A stretch of DNA of 64,000 nt from Podarcis gaigeae (taxonomy: Eukaryota), in NCBI GenBank assembly GCA_964106915.2, contig OZ066915.1. One strand, 5' to 3'. Position numbers and translations under genes: made by a program. The number at the start of each line of letters is the position of its first letter. Position 1 is the stretch's first letter. This document shows, one piece after another, positions 21,743 to 35,124 of this stretch. Under the pieces are notes generated by a model that worked only from the letters and a program-made list of their open reading frames with translations, had not been told where the DNA came from and made no database searches.

Positions 21743-24700
21743 GTTTATAATTTAATCCATTGATTTAAAACAAAAAACAAAACAAAATCCTGATGCAACT
21801 TTAGGGTTTATAAAATAACATGGATATGCATTCTGAATCGAAGCTCCAGTTTGTTGTTGGCACATTCAAGGTGCTCCCTCCCCCTTCTCATGCTCCCCAG
21901 CTCAGAGAGGCCAATTCCACCAGGAACTGAGTAGTCACATTAACCTCATTCTGCATAGGCCACAGAGCAGACATCTGATGATTACAGCTTTCAATCATTG
22001 CTGACCTGCATTAAAGCCTAGTATTTCCCTGGAGGTGAAGCGCTTCTTAGTCAAATGCATTACCCCACTAATGTCCAGAGCTCTCAGAAAGCCTTGTATA
22101 ACATGGCAGGGTAGAAGCAGCGTGAAAGCCAGAAAGTTTGTAACATTTGATAAGATAGGGGCGAGGAACAAAGCGCCCCCATGTGAGCTTTTCCAGAGCG
22201 GGGAATCAGAGGCTTATTGAGGAACTGGGGGGCCAGAATATCAACCAGGATGAAGGGTAGAAAGAGGCCTCTGGGTGGGTAGGAGCCAGCGGAGCATGCC
22301 CAGCCTGAAACTCTGCACATGGGCAGAGGACGGACGGAGGGAGGCTGGGCAGGGGGCACAGAGAACTCAAAGGCAGTGGTGGTGGTAACGCTGCTGTACA
22401 GGGAGGTCCTGGTTCAGATCCTGCCTGACTGCTGATCTAGCCATGTGGCCACTAATCATCCCTGAGTGCTACTCCACAGGGTTGTTGTAAAGGAGGAGGA
22501 AAGGCAGGATGAAAAGTGATGATGCCATAGTGCCTGGAAGGAAAAATCAATACCTTCTTTTCCTCTTCCTGTCTCCTCCCTATTTATTCTTCTCATAATC
22601 TCCACCAGATCTTTCATCCAGACCTGAAAAGGCCCTGAAGGTGTATTTGCATATTTAGAAGGGGAAATGCCAAAAAAGCAATCACAATGGGAGTTTAGTG
22701 GCTTTTTCAGAGAAGATGACCAGAAAATAGGAAGCAATAGCCAAACCACCAATTAACTTACTTGGGGAGCAGAGTGCCTGTAAATGGGCCTTCCTTTTTC
22801 CTGCTTCTGTCTGTGGTTTAGATCTCCCAGATAAATCCTGTAAGCCACTCAGCATCTCTCTAGCCCCTGGATCTACAGTGAAATCATCAAAAATCAGGAG
22901 CTCGCAGCAGCGCCAGAGTAGTGTGCCATGCTGCCCTCTGTTTAAGGACAGCAGAACCACTTTCACCAAGTAACCCAGGAGCAGAATAAGCTTTCCCCCC
23001 AAGCTGTAAAGGAGAAGTTGCTTTTATCTGAACCCAAGCTTCAGAAGCACTAACTAGACCTCCAGGGAAGATTAAATGGCAACACTGGATACAGAGCTAA
23101 GATTTCCTTCTGGAGAGTCAAAGCTCTCAGTGCAGCAGATTGTATGGGAGGGAGCGGGGGGGGGGGAGGGAGTTTGTTCCCAAAAGAAAGACTTCCCCCC
23201 TCCTCCTCTCTAAGCAGTGGGGATGGAGAACAAACTATAATTAAATACTACCTAGCCTTTGGTCTCAATGGCATAGCAATTCACCCGCTTGACTCCCAAG
23301 ACATAATTTACATCTCAGGAGTGTTCCTAAACAGTGAGTAAATCTACCAGAGGGATCTACTCCAGGGAAGCCATGAAAACAGCATTTAAATACTTGCCAG
23401 CTAGTTTCTTCTCCTCACCGGGGTAGCGTATGTGATTCACCTCCCATGCACCAATTTTATTTAACAATGCACTAATATTTAATTATAGTGCTTTCCCCCC
23501 TGAAATGTTCAAAGTGCTTCTCATGTGTCTCAGTAATCCTTACAGCGCCCCTGTAAGTGCTGGCCTTATTATCCCCATTTCGCAGATTGAAAGCGAAGAC
23601 TGAGAGGAGGGCATGCCTAAGGCCACCCAGTGAGCTCAGAGCTTAAGGAGATTTCCTGCTCATAATTCATGCTCTTGCTACTGTAGATGCCAGCTCACTT
23701 AAGTTCTGAGAAGGCTGCTGGAAGGATGCCAGGCAACTTTGTGGCAGAGCGATAAACAGGATAACATGGTGCTCCTTAGTGTCCCAATGCATACATATGC
23801 ATGTTCATATGTCTTACACGGGTAAACAGGTATTCGGGGGAGGGGACAGATTTGTGATGCTACTCTTGGGATATTTACTGGAGAGGGCAGACAGAATTGC
23901 ATTTGTTTGATAACCTGGCTTAATTCAGGGGAAATTTTTTAACACAGACCAATCTTGATGTGCTTGTTCCAGAGAGCCAGCAATAACCACACTGCTGCGT
24001 AGTTGTGATATTTATTTGTAAATCAACAGAGGTTTAAATGATAATGTGACAATATAAATGAGTTAAAAGCAGCATCGCAGCTTGAAATGCCACTGCAGAA
24101 ACATGCCAAAAGGAAAGGGTTGGTAATGCTTCCACTGCCAAGCCCACCACCTCTTCCTGGACCACTCAATTCCTGTTGCAGAAATGGATCATGGAAGAGA
24201 ATAGCGGCAAAGCATGGAAGAGAAATTGCAAGGCAAAGACAAGACTTTGCTACAGGAAAGTGAAAGAACCAGAAAAGGGGGTCGGGGGGTTCACATGCAA
24301 AGTTGTAGTTTCCCTGTCTTGTAAGAGCCGGATTATTTGTGTACTTCCAAGGTGGAACCTACACACATATTAAAAATGCTGTGAAAATGCTTTGAAAAAA
24401 CAACAACACGTTTTGAAAAATACTTTGAATTTGGCATAGCTCACGGTCGACATATTGTTTCACATTTGTATAGTGCACTTTACAACATAGTCAAAACACC
24501 TTATTTGCTGCTGTATAGCTGAGTCCCAAGTCTTATGTGGAGTTGATGGGAATTGAACCGGAGGCCTTCAGCACAGAAAGCAGATGTTCCACCACTGAGC
24601 CGTGGCCCCTTCTCTGTGTGCAGTTACAAGAGCAGCCAGAAGGACTTGCTCCCAGTGTAACAGAAGTGGCGCCCATGGGAACACTTTTCTGGGACTAACA

Positions 24701-26394
24701 GCAGCCTGGGGGAGAGGAAGAACCTTCACTGGGATCATAGAACTGTAGATGGTGGTCATGGATAGAGCCCACCATGCTGCAAGCCTGGCGATTCCTTCCC
24801 ACCAGCTGTTTTAAGGTTTTGCACAAAGATGCACCTTCAAGTGACAGTTTCAGCATCATGCACACTTCCATCTCGAGGCGAAAGTTCCCATGCCAATCAT
24901 CGTTAATTATAAAATTGCTATTCTACAGAACGTGCATAGGGCTGTGCCAAAACCATTGTTGCAGGAGTCTATGGTGAAGTCATCCCTAAATCCTGGCCTG
25001 TGCCAACTCTCCCCTTTCAAACAAATTAATGAGAAAATTTATTGTGGGAAAAATAAGAGGCCTTGTGATGGAATGGCAGTTGTGTTACTGGTGCCATAGC
25101 AGCAAACCAGCCTTTTGTGCTAATGTAACTTCCTGGGCCAAGTTTACAGTTACAACACAAACCTACAGGTTGTCATAATAATTGCTCTGCCACAATGGCC
25201 ATTAACTATTCCTGCCAATTCTGTGTGGGTCCACTGACCCCTGGGGGCCTCGTGTTGAGGCACTTAGTTCTGATGGCCATTAAGTGGATCCCATACAATG
25301 ATATATAGGGGGGGGGGTGTTCAGCATCAGTTGGTCTTTAGAGAATGGTAGCATCAATGCTCTGGGGCAGCTATTGATTCTTTTAAGCTGTAAATCCAGG
25401 TGGAGTTTCTGGAGAGACTATGACAGATACAGAAGACTGCCTCCCACATGATCCCGTTTTCCATAAAGCTCTTAGCTCATCGGACATTGCCCTCAGCCAT
25501 CCTTTTAAAAGAATTAATATTACCTTTGTGCCTGAAAATACAAAAGCATCATGCTGAAAACTAGGTAACAGTAAGTATTCTCAGGTGTAGAATATAGCAA
25601 AAATGTTAACCTCTGAACGGTATCAAAACTTTGTGAAGAAACTTTGTAAGAAAAACAAGAACAACCCCCCCCCCCCTGTGCTAGGGTAGCATCCTGCCTG
25701 CCAGATGAGTGCTTTGAAACTGCTTGCTAAAGAATAAATTAGGACATGATCCAGCAAAGGTTAAGGACTCAGGCAACCACACATGTCAAACAGAGCAGGA
25801 TCACTGGTGTAATGCAAAGAATAAAGAAAAAACAAGAAACATTTGATGCCTTTGAAAACATTTTGCTTTCTTTCTCAGTTTACTCCTCTCACCACCATCA
25901 CATTCTATTTATTCTTCACACGTTTCCAGCATTTTCTGGGCTTGCAAGAATATAAATAACAAATATTCAATTATCAATGTTTTAAGCAAGGGATGCATTG
26001 AATTCCATGAAAGTGGGGTGGGGGCACACTTAAGAAATGCTAAGCATCTCCATGTCTGTAAATGAGGGTCCTGTGAAGTTTATTTTCATAGATTCTGGTC
26101 TCCCTCTGAAGTAAAAGGCAGAGATATTAACACTACAAAACAGGAATTTACTCAGAACAATGCTACAGTTTAAACATTTAAAACTGCTTTTAAAAATTGG
26201 AGCTGTTTACCAAATTGCTTATAGGAGGACACAAGTCAGGCGTGTGTCTTTGTGTGTACGCACGCATATACATAAGAATTGTTCTCTCTCATTCTTATGC
26301 ATTTCATGGCAAATAAGCCATCACAGCTATCTGCCAATCACCCATTCCCACAACCCTTCTGAGTAATACCCCTCCCCACCTTCTCACTATATAG

Positions 26395-26516
26395 AAGGGT
26401 CTGGTAACTTCTGTTTCAGTGTATCTGAAGAAGTGTTCATGCACACAAAAGGTCATACTAATAACAAACTTAGTTGGTCTCTAAGGTGCTACTGGAAGGA
26501 TTTTTTTTTGTTATGG
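26395..26516 (+). mobile_element. Penelope-like element terminal-repeat remnant with a degenerate type I hammerhead motif
   Basis: GTAT-CTGAAGA-AGTGTTCATGCACAC-AAAA-GGTC-ATAC followed by aacttagttggtctctaaggtgctactggaagga, shared with the 35.0 kb copy. Confidence 0.7.
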
Positions 26517-27156
26517 CAAATAAGAGGCAGGCTGTTTTACTTCAGTCATTTAACAATTGCATTTCAAAGGGAAGGAAGTCACATAAAATTCCAGAAGCTC
26601 TACAAACTACAATTATCCATTAATTAAGCAGTAGGACGAGCCACAGAAAGAATGCGATCAGAAAGTGAGACATAGATTCTCTTTCCTGGATGTTCCATCA
26701 TTAGACTATAGGAGTAGAGGGAAAGAGTACAGATACTTTAAAAGCAAGGAAGCAGCAATTTTCCAAAGGCTTCAAGATATCCTGCTTGTATCAGAAGCAG
26801 AAAGCATTAATTCGCCAAGCTCCTTCTGTGTCTTCATTCCATCAGCCACTTTTACGAATGAAGAGAATGGGAAGCCACTCTGATTTTAAAAGGCAGGCTT
26901 TCGGAAGACTAAAGAGCCGGTGGCAAACTTGCATCTCTGCAACTCATGACTTCCAACCTCCCCCACCCCCCCCCCAATGTCCATGTGAGCGGTTGGATTA
27001 AAGACTAGCCTCTCTCTGGCTGCTGCTAGCTCTGACAGGTGAATTTCCAGCGCAGCCCTAATGGATTTCCCACCTCTTTTCCAAAGAACAATACAAAAAC
27101 AACTGCTCAGCCAAACAAAAGAAAACATGTGGGGAGGGAGGGGAAGGGGCACCTAC

Positions 27157-27176
27157 CTGAAGAGTTTTGCAGCCAT
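27157..27176 (-). CDS. Candidate ATG-bearing upstream exon of the hyaluronidase (MAAKLF+AG, phase 2)
   Basis: ATG GCT GCA AAA CTC TTC AG|GTAGGT; phase 2 joins the 19725 acceptor in frame (AG+C = Ser); CpG-enriched DNA at about 27.3-27.9 kb. Confidence 0.5.
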
Positions 27177-27226
27177 GGGCCCCAGCCACCTCCTCCTGGC
27201 CCCTCCAGTGCTCTGTCTGCCTCCTA

Positions 27227-27314
27227 AGAGTCAGGCTCAGACCTGGAAGATGAGGGCACCTGCTACGCCAGAGTCAGGCTCAGACCTGGAAGATGAGGGC
27301 ACCTGCTACGCCAG
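27227..27314. repeat. Perfect 43-bp tandem duplication
   Basis: agagtcaggctcagacctggaagatgagggcacctgctacgcc x2. Confidence 0.97.
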
Positions 27315-30084
27315 CGCCCTCCGTGGGTCCCCTCTGGCTAGGACCAAGCCCTCTATTTTCTCAGGCTGCCTCAGTGCCTCTCGCCTGCATCCCTGCCAGA
27401 TGCCTTTGCACATCAGTTTTGTGCTCAGAGACACCCAGGAGGTGGTTCCCTAGACCAAGGGACCCGGAAGGGAGGGGGAACTACCTGTGGCTGCTCTCCC
27501 CTGCATCTGAAGTGGTACAGCCCATGTCTGTGTGCTCTGTGGACAGCTGTGTTTATTGTGAGCACCTCCTCCAGGCTAACCTCGTGCTCGAGTGCCGTGT
27601 GTGCTCATTCAGTCAAACAGAAAGCTCGCCTGCGCTCGACCCCGTGAGAAAGGACGGGCGGGCAGCGGCAGCCACTTTTGTCCTGTCTTCACAGCCTCTC
27701 TGAGCAGACGGCAGCAGCCTTGCCCTTTGTAGCTCCCTGGTTTTCCTTTGCTCCGATGCATTTTACAGCCCCAAAGCAGCTGTGATGTGCAAAGGGACCC
27801 CGCGGGCTGCCAAGAGAGACAGTCGCTCCAAAGTTCTAAACCGAATAGGCTGCGCTTGCCAGTTCGGAACAGGAGTGCTAGGCGGCGTCTTAACTTGCAA
27901 ACCTTGAGAGGGTGGCATTACAGGGATGGCCAACTCCCAAGAGACTGCGATCTACTCAAACTGGCAGTGATCTACCCCACGCCCCCTTTTGAGGGGTTCA
28001 GGTCAAAGTTGTTGAGCTTTTTTTGAGAGGAGAAAAAGCACATTTTCTTAGGCATGCAGGGCAAACTTTTTGAGCTTCTTTGGGGAAGCCAGTGATCTAC
28101 CAGTGATCTACAATGGACATTCAGGGGTCTACTGGTGATCTGATCAAGATCTACCTGTTGGACATGCCTGGCCTAAGGCATCTGGAGCCTGAAGCAAACT
28201 ACCGGTAGATAATCACATACACACATCCTTCCAGGGAAGAAGGGGTGAGTGGGAATCTACATCAGAAACTACGGAGAAAGGAATAAAGATCTACATCAGG
28301 ATCTGCTGTCCCTGTGGGTCCTGCCACTCTAGGCGATTGCCTCACCTTGCCTCATGTGGGCCAACTCTGACAACAGGTCTGAGACTTTAAGTCCCAGGAT
28401 CAGTTAAGATAAGAATTGGAATGTATGTTTTTTTAAAGGAAAATCTTTGTCTAGAATTCATGAGCCCAAACAAGCTTACACTGCTCTTCTGCTACTGCAC
28501 GACAATCTTGGGAATGTGTCAGACAGTCTTTTATAGGTTGTCCCTACCCTCTCCAGAAACAGTAGATCATTCATAGGATGATCCCAAAAGGAGGAATATT
28601 CTGGAGGTAGATTCTGTCAGAGCTACTGCACATGTTAGGATTAGGTAACCAGAGAGGTCGCCTTCATGCCCTACTTGTGGGATCTCTAGTAGTATCTGGT
28701 TGGCCATTGTGCAAAATGGGATGCAGGACTAGATCGATTGTCTGACTTAGCAGGGCTCTTCTTAGGTACACCTAAACACAGGTGTGGAGCAAGAAAGGCT
28801 ACTGATTCTGCACTAGAAAGCCAAGGTATAGATTTTTAAGTGTTGGCCCTGGTGTGGTGAGGGTGAGGGAGAAGACCCCCGCTGCTTCAGGGAGCAAAAT
28901 GTCCCAGACTGGCACCGAAAACTAACTACAACCCCACTTTTATATTGCTTTCTGACCCTGGGACCTACTTAAATGGAATGTCTTTCCAGAGTTCAGTTTC
29001 AAAACTGCCTCCATGCCTTAGCATTTCTGGGAGGACCAAATGGTGCAGGGTGGGAATCAAGCCCAAACCTTCCAATGAATTTCAAGTAGGCAACTGAAGC
29101 AAAACTGGCAGAAAACAAGGGCCAGATATTTCACAACTGGCTGTCTGGATCAGAGAAACGGCGCTTGGACTAAAGGCTACCTTAGCCCATTGCCAGTCCC
29201 CCGAGGCATCAGGTGCCATCTGGTTGGAGGGAAAGAACAGCGCAGCATAGAGGAAGAGGAGTGGTCAAACGGCTCTGCCAGAGATTCCCAGCACATGTAA
29301 TGGTGTTATACTCCATTAGTGACTAATCATAATACGTTTGCTCCACCACAACAGGAAGAAAGGCGCATCCCTCCCCTGCAGTGGTGCCTATTGGGCAAGA
29401 GACTCTGGGGCAGAAATCCAGGGCCTCACTCTGCAGAATGAGTAGCCCCCCCCCCCAATAAAGCACACAGAGCGTAGGACTGGCTTAGGACATTCTGAAG
29501 TAATACACATTACCATAGCAAAGTAATACAGAAAAATACAATGCATAAAAAACCTCAGTGAGAACAACAGCTATTTTATATGGTTTTCATTTATGTCTTT
29601 TACGTATTATACCTTTATTGTATATTTCTTTGGGGCTAAAAGGTGGTTTATCAATACACCATACCATACTATTTACAGAGGGGGTGAGTGGAAGACAATA
29701 CAGTCCAGAGTCTAAAGCTACCTAACTGCTCTGCTGCCTCTCTTCAAGGCATAACAGCAACCCAAAAAGCAACCCAAAGCATGAATGAATACATTATGAC
29801 AGCATTTTAGTTTACCTTGCTTCACCTAGTGGCTACACACAGGAAATTGGTGAAACAAACGCCACCAGGCTGAAAGACTGACAGGCCAAATAGTGGAGCA
29901 TAAGCATGCATCTCTAAATCACCTTAAAATATTGGGTCTCCCCCACCCCCTTTTCCCCCTCAGTTTAATATTCTCTTGTTACACAGGTTGTTACACAGAT
30001 CAGTGTGAGTTTCCACAATGGCTGATTTTTCTACAATCTGCCATGTTGGCGCAAGGAAGGATAGTCCATATCTCAGCTAGTGAT

Positions 30085-30352
30085 TAGGGCCAGCCCATGA
30101 CATTTTGCTGCCTGAGGTGAAGCAACAAATGGAAACCCCTCCCCACTGGTCAAGGTTCACATCACCAAACAGGGGCCAAGTTATTTTGGCACCTGAGGCA
30201 GAGAATCCCACAAGTGCCTCTCAAGCTCCTTGGCAGTAAAAGTGCAGTCATAATAAATTAAATAGCTGACAATTTGCTGCCTTTTCCTGACACAACCCAA
30301 ATCAGCTGCTCAAGGCTGCCGCTTTCCTCTGCCTAATGGTAGGGCCAGCCCC
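30085..30352. mobile_element. Non-autonomous DNA element (related copies at about 46150-46390 and 48051-48300)
   Basis: Shared agggccagcc...gacattttgctgcctgag start and ...atggtagggccagccc end. Confidence 0.6.
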
Positions 30353-32252
30353 GTTAGGCATCAATATTTGTGCATTGCTTCAGTGGAAATGCAAAGGGGC
30401 GAATTCCTTATGCTTAAACAGTGAATGTGTGCCTGGTGTGCCTATTCTCCAAAAGCATGTATATACTCTGCAAATCCTTGTGCGGCGGTGGTTTGGTATA
30501 TGCGTGCAATTGTTCAAATTTGCTCTTTAATTAAAAACCCAAGCTTGCCACTCCAGCAGATGTAGGAAAAACAGGAAGTGGTCTGTTCTGGAACGGCAAG
30601 TAACAAAACAAAGTGAGCGTGACAAAAGTGTGTGGGTGCGGATCCAGGCGTAGGCATAACTGAAACAACACTTTGACGATGTGTCCTGCTCAGTTTGCTA
30701 GTCCCAAAGGATATCTAGCATATGAGAGAATTGGGGAAACCTGACCCAAACGGCTTCTTGGTCATTCTGATCAGAAAACAAGGAGTCACGCTCTACAGAA
30801 GAATCACAAGAGATTGCAACATGGTGAATCAAGAGAGTTATTAAAATGAGTGCGCAAGGACAGAAAAATCTGCACTTTGGACCAGCTCTTTTCCTGAACC
30901 GTATTAAGAAATTGAGGGCCAAGACTATAACACAGAAACAGTTAGGTTGGTGAGGCTGATTGGGTTAAACCAGCTAATTAATACTAACAAGTTAGAAGAC
31001 TCACTATGGATGTATGGGGAGGCATGCTTTAAGTTGCCAATTCTACATATGATAAGGCTCCTGTATCTGTTAACAGGTGTGTACAAAGAAGAACTTTGAC
31101 AGATGTAATTTCTCTTAACTATGGCAGAAAAGCCAGGCCTGCTACAAAACTCCATCCCATGCAACAATTAAATGGCACAGAACCCATCTCGTGCAAGATC
31201 TGTCAACATTTTACATTCCTGTTGTCTTCCTGTAGTTCTCGCAGTTATCAGTGCAGATGGCTTCACTGTCACAAATACTGGCAAGTGACAGGCAGACATC
31301 TGGAGGCTAGCAAGTGCTGCTGCCAATCCCAAAGTCTTTCATTTCACCAGACAGTTTCCCCTGGTCCTCAGCTGTCGAGACTCAGGCTAAAGGGCTGGTG
31401 ATAATTTGGCTCTGCTGGGACGATGCTCATTCCAAAGCTTTGCCTCCGAAAGCAGCTCTTGATTATGCTGAGTTAAATGAGAATCCCCATGAACCGTTGG
31501 GAACTGCAATTTCCCGAAGCATATACAGTCCCATCCCACCTGCTGTGGTTTGTTTCACAATCCAGCAAGATCGAAACGGTAGCTATTTGGTTTTTTCCCT
31601 TGGGTCCCCGATTTGCTCGCGGTTCTCGTGAAGCAAAACATACTTCAAAACATTTTCGACAGCGGAAGACGAGGGAGTGGGGGAGAGAAGGAATGTACAG
31701 TACAAGTTCAGCAGAGGCAGTTTGAAGCCGCAAGAATCCAAGAACTACTCCAGGGCTGCTGCTGCTTTTCCTCCAATGGAATCCAAAAAAAAAGGGGGGG
31801 AGGAAATAGTGCCACTATCCCCTTTTAAAAACTCAATGGAAAATACCACCTGCTATACAAACAGTACGATTAATTTAGTTAATGGATTATGATAATATTT
31901 AGTGTTTTGGAGCAATCTAAACACTTCGCATAAATTTGCTCAGTTATTCTTCCAACCTACCTGTAAGGTAGGTTTGCAGCATCCCTGTATTGTGGATCAT
32001 GGTTTCCCCATCATTAGCGGCAGTAGTGCAATTTGAATCAGGGAGTTTAGATTTAACTCAGTACGCCTAGCTTTACAAAGGGGCCGGAGTTCAGGGCCAG
32101 AGGCACATGTCATGGATGCTGAATGTCCCAGGTTCGCTCCATTGACAAGTCTCAGGCAGAAAGGCTAGAAAAGAAGTTCAGTTGCAGCCCTGGTCAGTGG
32201 TGGGCAGAACATAGATTGGGATTGACTGGGTGGTTTGCAGTAGGATTGGCAA

Positions 32253-32522
32253 GTAAGAATGTAAGGAGGACTCTGTTGGATCAGACCAAAGGCCCATCTA
32301 GGCCAGCCTTCTGTTCTCATAGTAACCCATCCAGATACAAAAAGCCTGCCCTGAATGCAATAGGCCCCTCTCCCATTCTCGTTCCCCATTATTCAGAGGG
32401 ATATCGACAGTGATGATGGGAGCCAATATTTAACCACCGTAACTTGTAATGCGTGGTTGATTAATCCTCCATGAATTTGTTTTAAACCAAGTTGGTGGCC
32501 ATCACTACATCTTGTGGTAGCT
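32253..32522 (-). mobile_element. CR1-type 3'-end remnant
   Basis: taagaatgtaag...ggatcagaccaaaggcccatctag...ttggtggccatcactacatcttgtggtag. Confidence 0.7.
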
Positions 32523-33589
32523 GTTGCTGGATGGTTTCACAACAGCAGGGACAAAATGGCTTCCTCCCCACCACCACTCCCCAATTAGGTTGCTGACATC
32601 AGACCTGGGGTGGAGGGGCAGGAGTGGATTTTTGTGTGAATTTGTACGCTCGCCTCTGCTCTTAAGGCCACATTTCGTGCCTGAGCATATGCTCAGGAAC
32701 ATTCCTCTCCTTAATTCAAAGTGCAAGTCATGCCATTCTCCTCTCCTTCCTCAATACACTGCTTTGCACCCAATTAGTGGACCTCAGGGCTTTGGCCTTT
32801 ACTCTACAATGGACCAACAGTCTGACAGTATAAGGCGATTTCTTACATTTCACCAGCTCTCGGTGATAAAAACTGCCTTAACTGAATCCTTGACATCCCA
32901 GAGGAGTCCCAGGCAAATGCACTCAACTATATTTGATCCAAAACTATTCCTAATTTAAATTTGGCCAGATGTGCATTCGTTATTTATTTATAGCTTCATC
33001 AGAACAAAAGCAATTCCCTTTGATTAACTTGGCACGCATATAATGTGTTGTTCAGCGGCAGGAATACCCCCTACAGCTTTTTCATTAACATGTACCAAGC
33101 GGAGAGGAACTGGCACTTGATAGATTTTTGCAATGACATGCAGGTTACCACTTGAAAACTGTAATGTTAACATTTGTCCCATACCCAGAGCTGGCAGCTG
33201 AGCAATTCCTCCTCATTCAGGTACCCACCATCTTGAACTATCGTTTCAGTAAAGCCAAAGGAGGTTCTAGCCTGATGGTTCTAGGATATAGCTGCAAAAT
33301 GAAAATCAAGCTGATTGTCTCTGGCAACGATTGGCTAACAAATTTCAAAAGGCAACAATAATATGCAGTTGTTCCAGCTGGGCTCTAGATGAGTTGGGGG
33401 ACATCTCTGGAAATCAGAAAATATGTGGTGATCAAAAGAAGCAAAAACAGCCAGCTTTTGGAAAATAAGAAAAAGTGATGGCTCTTTGTCAGCTTTTCCA
33501 CAGCCATTTTCCTTTGCCGCTGGAATACAGGTTACAGGTGTGATAGTTCTACACAAAGCCATGACAAGCTATTCCTAAAACTTGATGAC

Positions 33590-33945
33590 CCTGAAGGGTG
33601 TCCATTGTCACCACTACTATTCATATCGGTACTCGAAGTCCTCCTGATGAGGATAAGGAAAACAGAAGAAGTTTTAAAAATTGCAGTCGGAAGAAAGGAA
33701 CATAAAGTTAAAGCCTTTGCTGATGACTTGGTACTAACAACAGAAGAACCGTTAGTCAGTGCTAAGAAAGGATTAGAGGAAATTGAAGAATTTGGACAAG
33801 TAGCAGGTTTTAAATTAAATATAAAAAAGACAAAAATGTTAATTAAAAATATGAATAAAGAAATGGTAGATAAGATGCAACAACAAACGAGCATAAAAGT
33901 AGTTTAAAAAATTAAATATTTGGGAATTTGGTTGACCTCAAAGTT
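33590..33945 (+). mobile_element. L1-clade LINE reverse-transcriptase fragment
   Basis: GCPLSPLLF...KAFADDLVL...FGQVAGFKLNIKKTK...(stop) KIKYLGIWLT. Confidence 0.9.
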
Positions 33946-34059
33946 CATCAAGATTTTAATTCAATTTTTGACAGAATATACAATATCAGGGATAGTTCTT
34001 TTTTCCAGATTAATTAATTGTGCAGAGTACAAGGGTTGGATCTTGTGAATGTGGCATTA

Positions 34060-34179
34060 GCTAGACTCTTCATCTCAAGGTCATAGGTTCAAGCCCCCAC
34101 GTTGGGCAAAAGAGTTCTGTATTGCAGGGGGTTGGACTAGATGACCCCCATGGTCTTTTCCAATTCTGTGATTCTATGA
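34060..34179 (+). mobile_element. tRNA-derived SINE with CR1-like tail (Squam3-like)
   Basis: B-box GGTTCAAGCCC; tail ggttggactagatgacc...ttccaattctgtgattctatga. Confidence 0.7.
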
Positions 34180-35013
34180 GTGTATACCAGAAGACTGTCT
34201 CAGTTAAGAGTCTTACACACACACACACACAGGCTGGGAAACAAGGGAAGTGAACAGAACATAGCAAGAACTCCATCATTAGACCCTGATGATCAGGAGT
34301 ACAGCGAAAAACATTCCTACAGGCCTACCCAGATGCTTAGAAATGCTGATGTGAACTTTAATCTGCTTTTAGTATTTTAACTTCTTATATGTTTTAATGT
34401 CCTGGGGGAAAATTCCTAACTTTTTTGCTTTTATATTTTTGTAAGCCACTTTGAGGTTGTTGCTGCTTTTTAACAGTCAAGCGGTGTATACATTTTATGG
34501 AATAAGTAATAAAATAAATATTTTTAAATGGGGGAAAAATCAAGACTACTAGCCTTCCCTGTTTTGCAGGCCCTGCTACAGCAAAATAGGAGCAACTGGT
34601 GTTCTCTTCAGGAAGGAAAGGAGCAGAGCTCCCATAGATTAGAGATTCCTGACAAATAAAAATACCAAAGGGAAGGACTACAGGGTTTTCTTGTGGCCAG
34701 TAACTCTTAAAAGAGGCCACCCTGGAGAGCACAGTCATGCAAAGCAGAATGGAAGAATTTCCTCCAAATAGTTTGCAACCAAGGACGTCTCCACTACCTT
34801 TGTGTGCCTGATGATTCCCTTTGTGATACAGAATGCTAGCTAATAAATGCCTAGAAATGCAGCTGCCTGGGGAATCTCCTTCACACAATTGCAGGGAGAG
34901 ATTGTAAAACAACTTGAGGTTTGCCCAGGTTGAGGGTTGTTTCCCATGTTCCTTTCTCAGCTGGCCTTCTTCAGATGCACAGAGGGAGGGAGGGAGCTGT
35001 CCCATATTGGGGA

Positions 35014-35124
35014 AAACAAAAAAATGAGCTCATACCAAGAACTAACTTAGTTGGTCTTTAAGGTGCTACTGGAAGGAATTTTTTGTTTTGACTATGGCAG
35101 ACCAACACGGCTACCTATCTGTAA
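35014..35124 (+). mobile_element. Penelope-like 3' remnant with 12-bp TSD
   Basis: CCATATTGGGGA at 35002-13 and 35125-36; body homologous to 26451-26516. Confidence 0.75.

Noticed and set aside
22456-23002. Two overlapping minus-strand ORFs with protein-like stretches
   Set aside because: No recognisable motif or convincing splice sites; may be an old repeat and cannot be assigned without a search
30568-30579. AAAACAGGAAGT FOX:ETS-like motif (similar one near 49292)
   Set aside because: Single short motifs occur by chance in 64 kb; no conservation data available
34394-35005. 203-aa minus-strand ORF
   Set aside because: No homology cues, AT-rich repeat-like end, no exon signals
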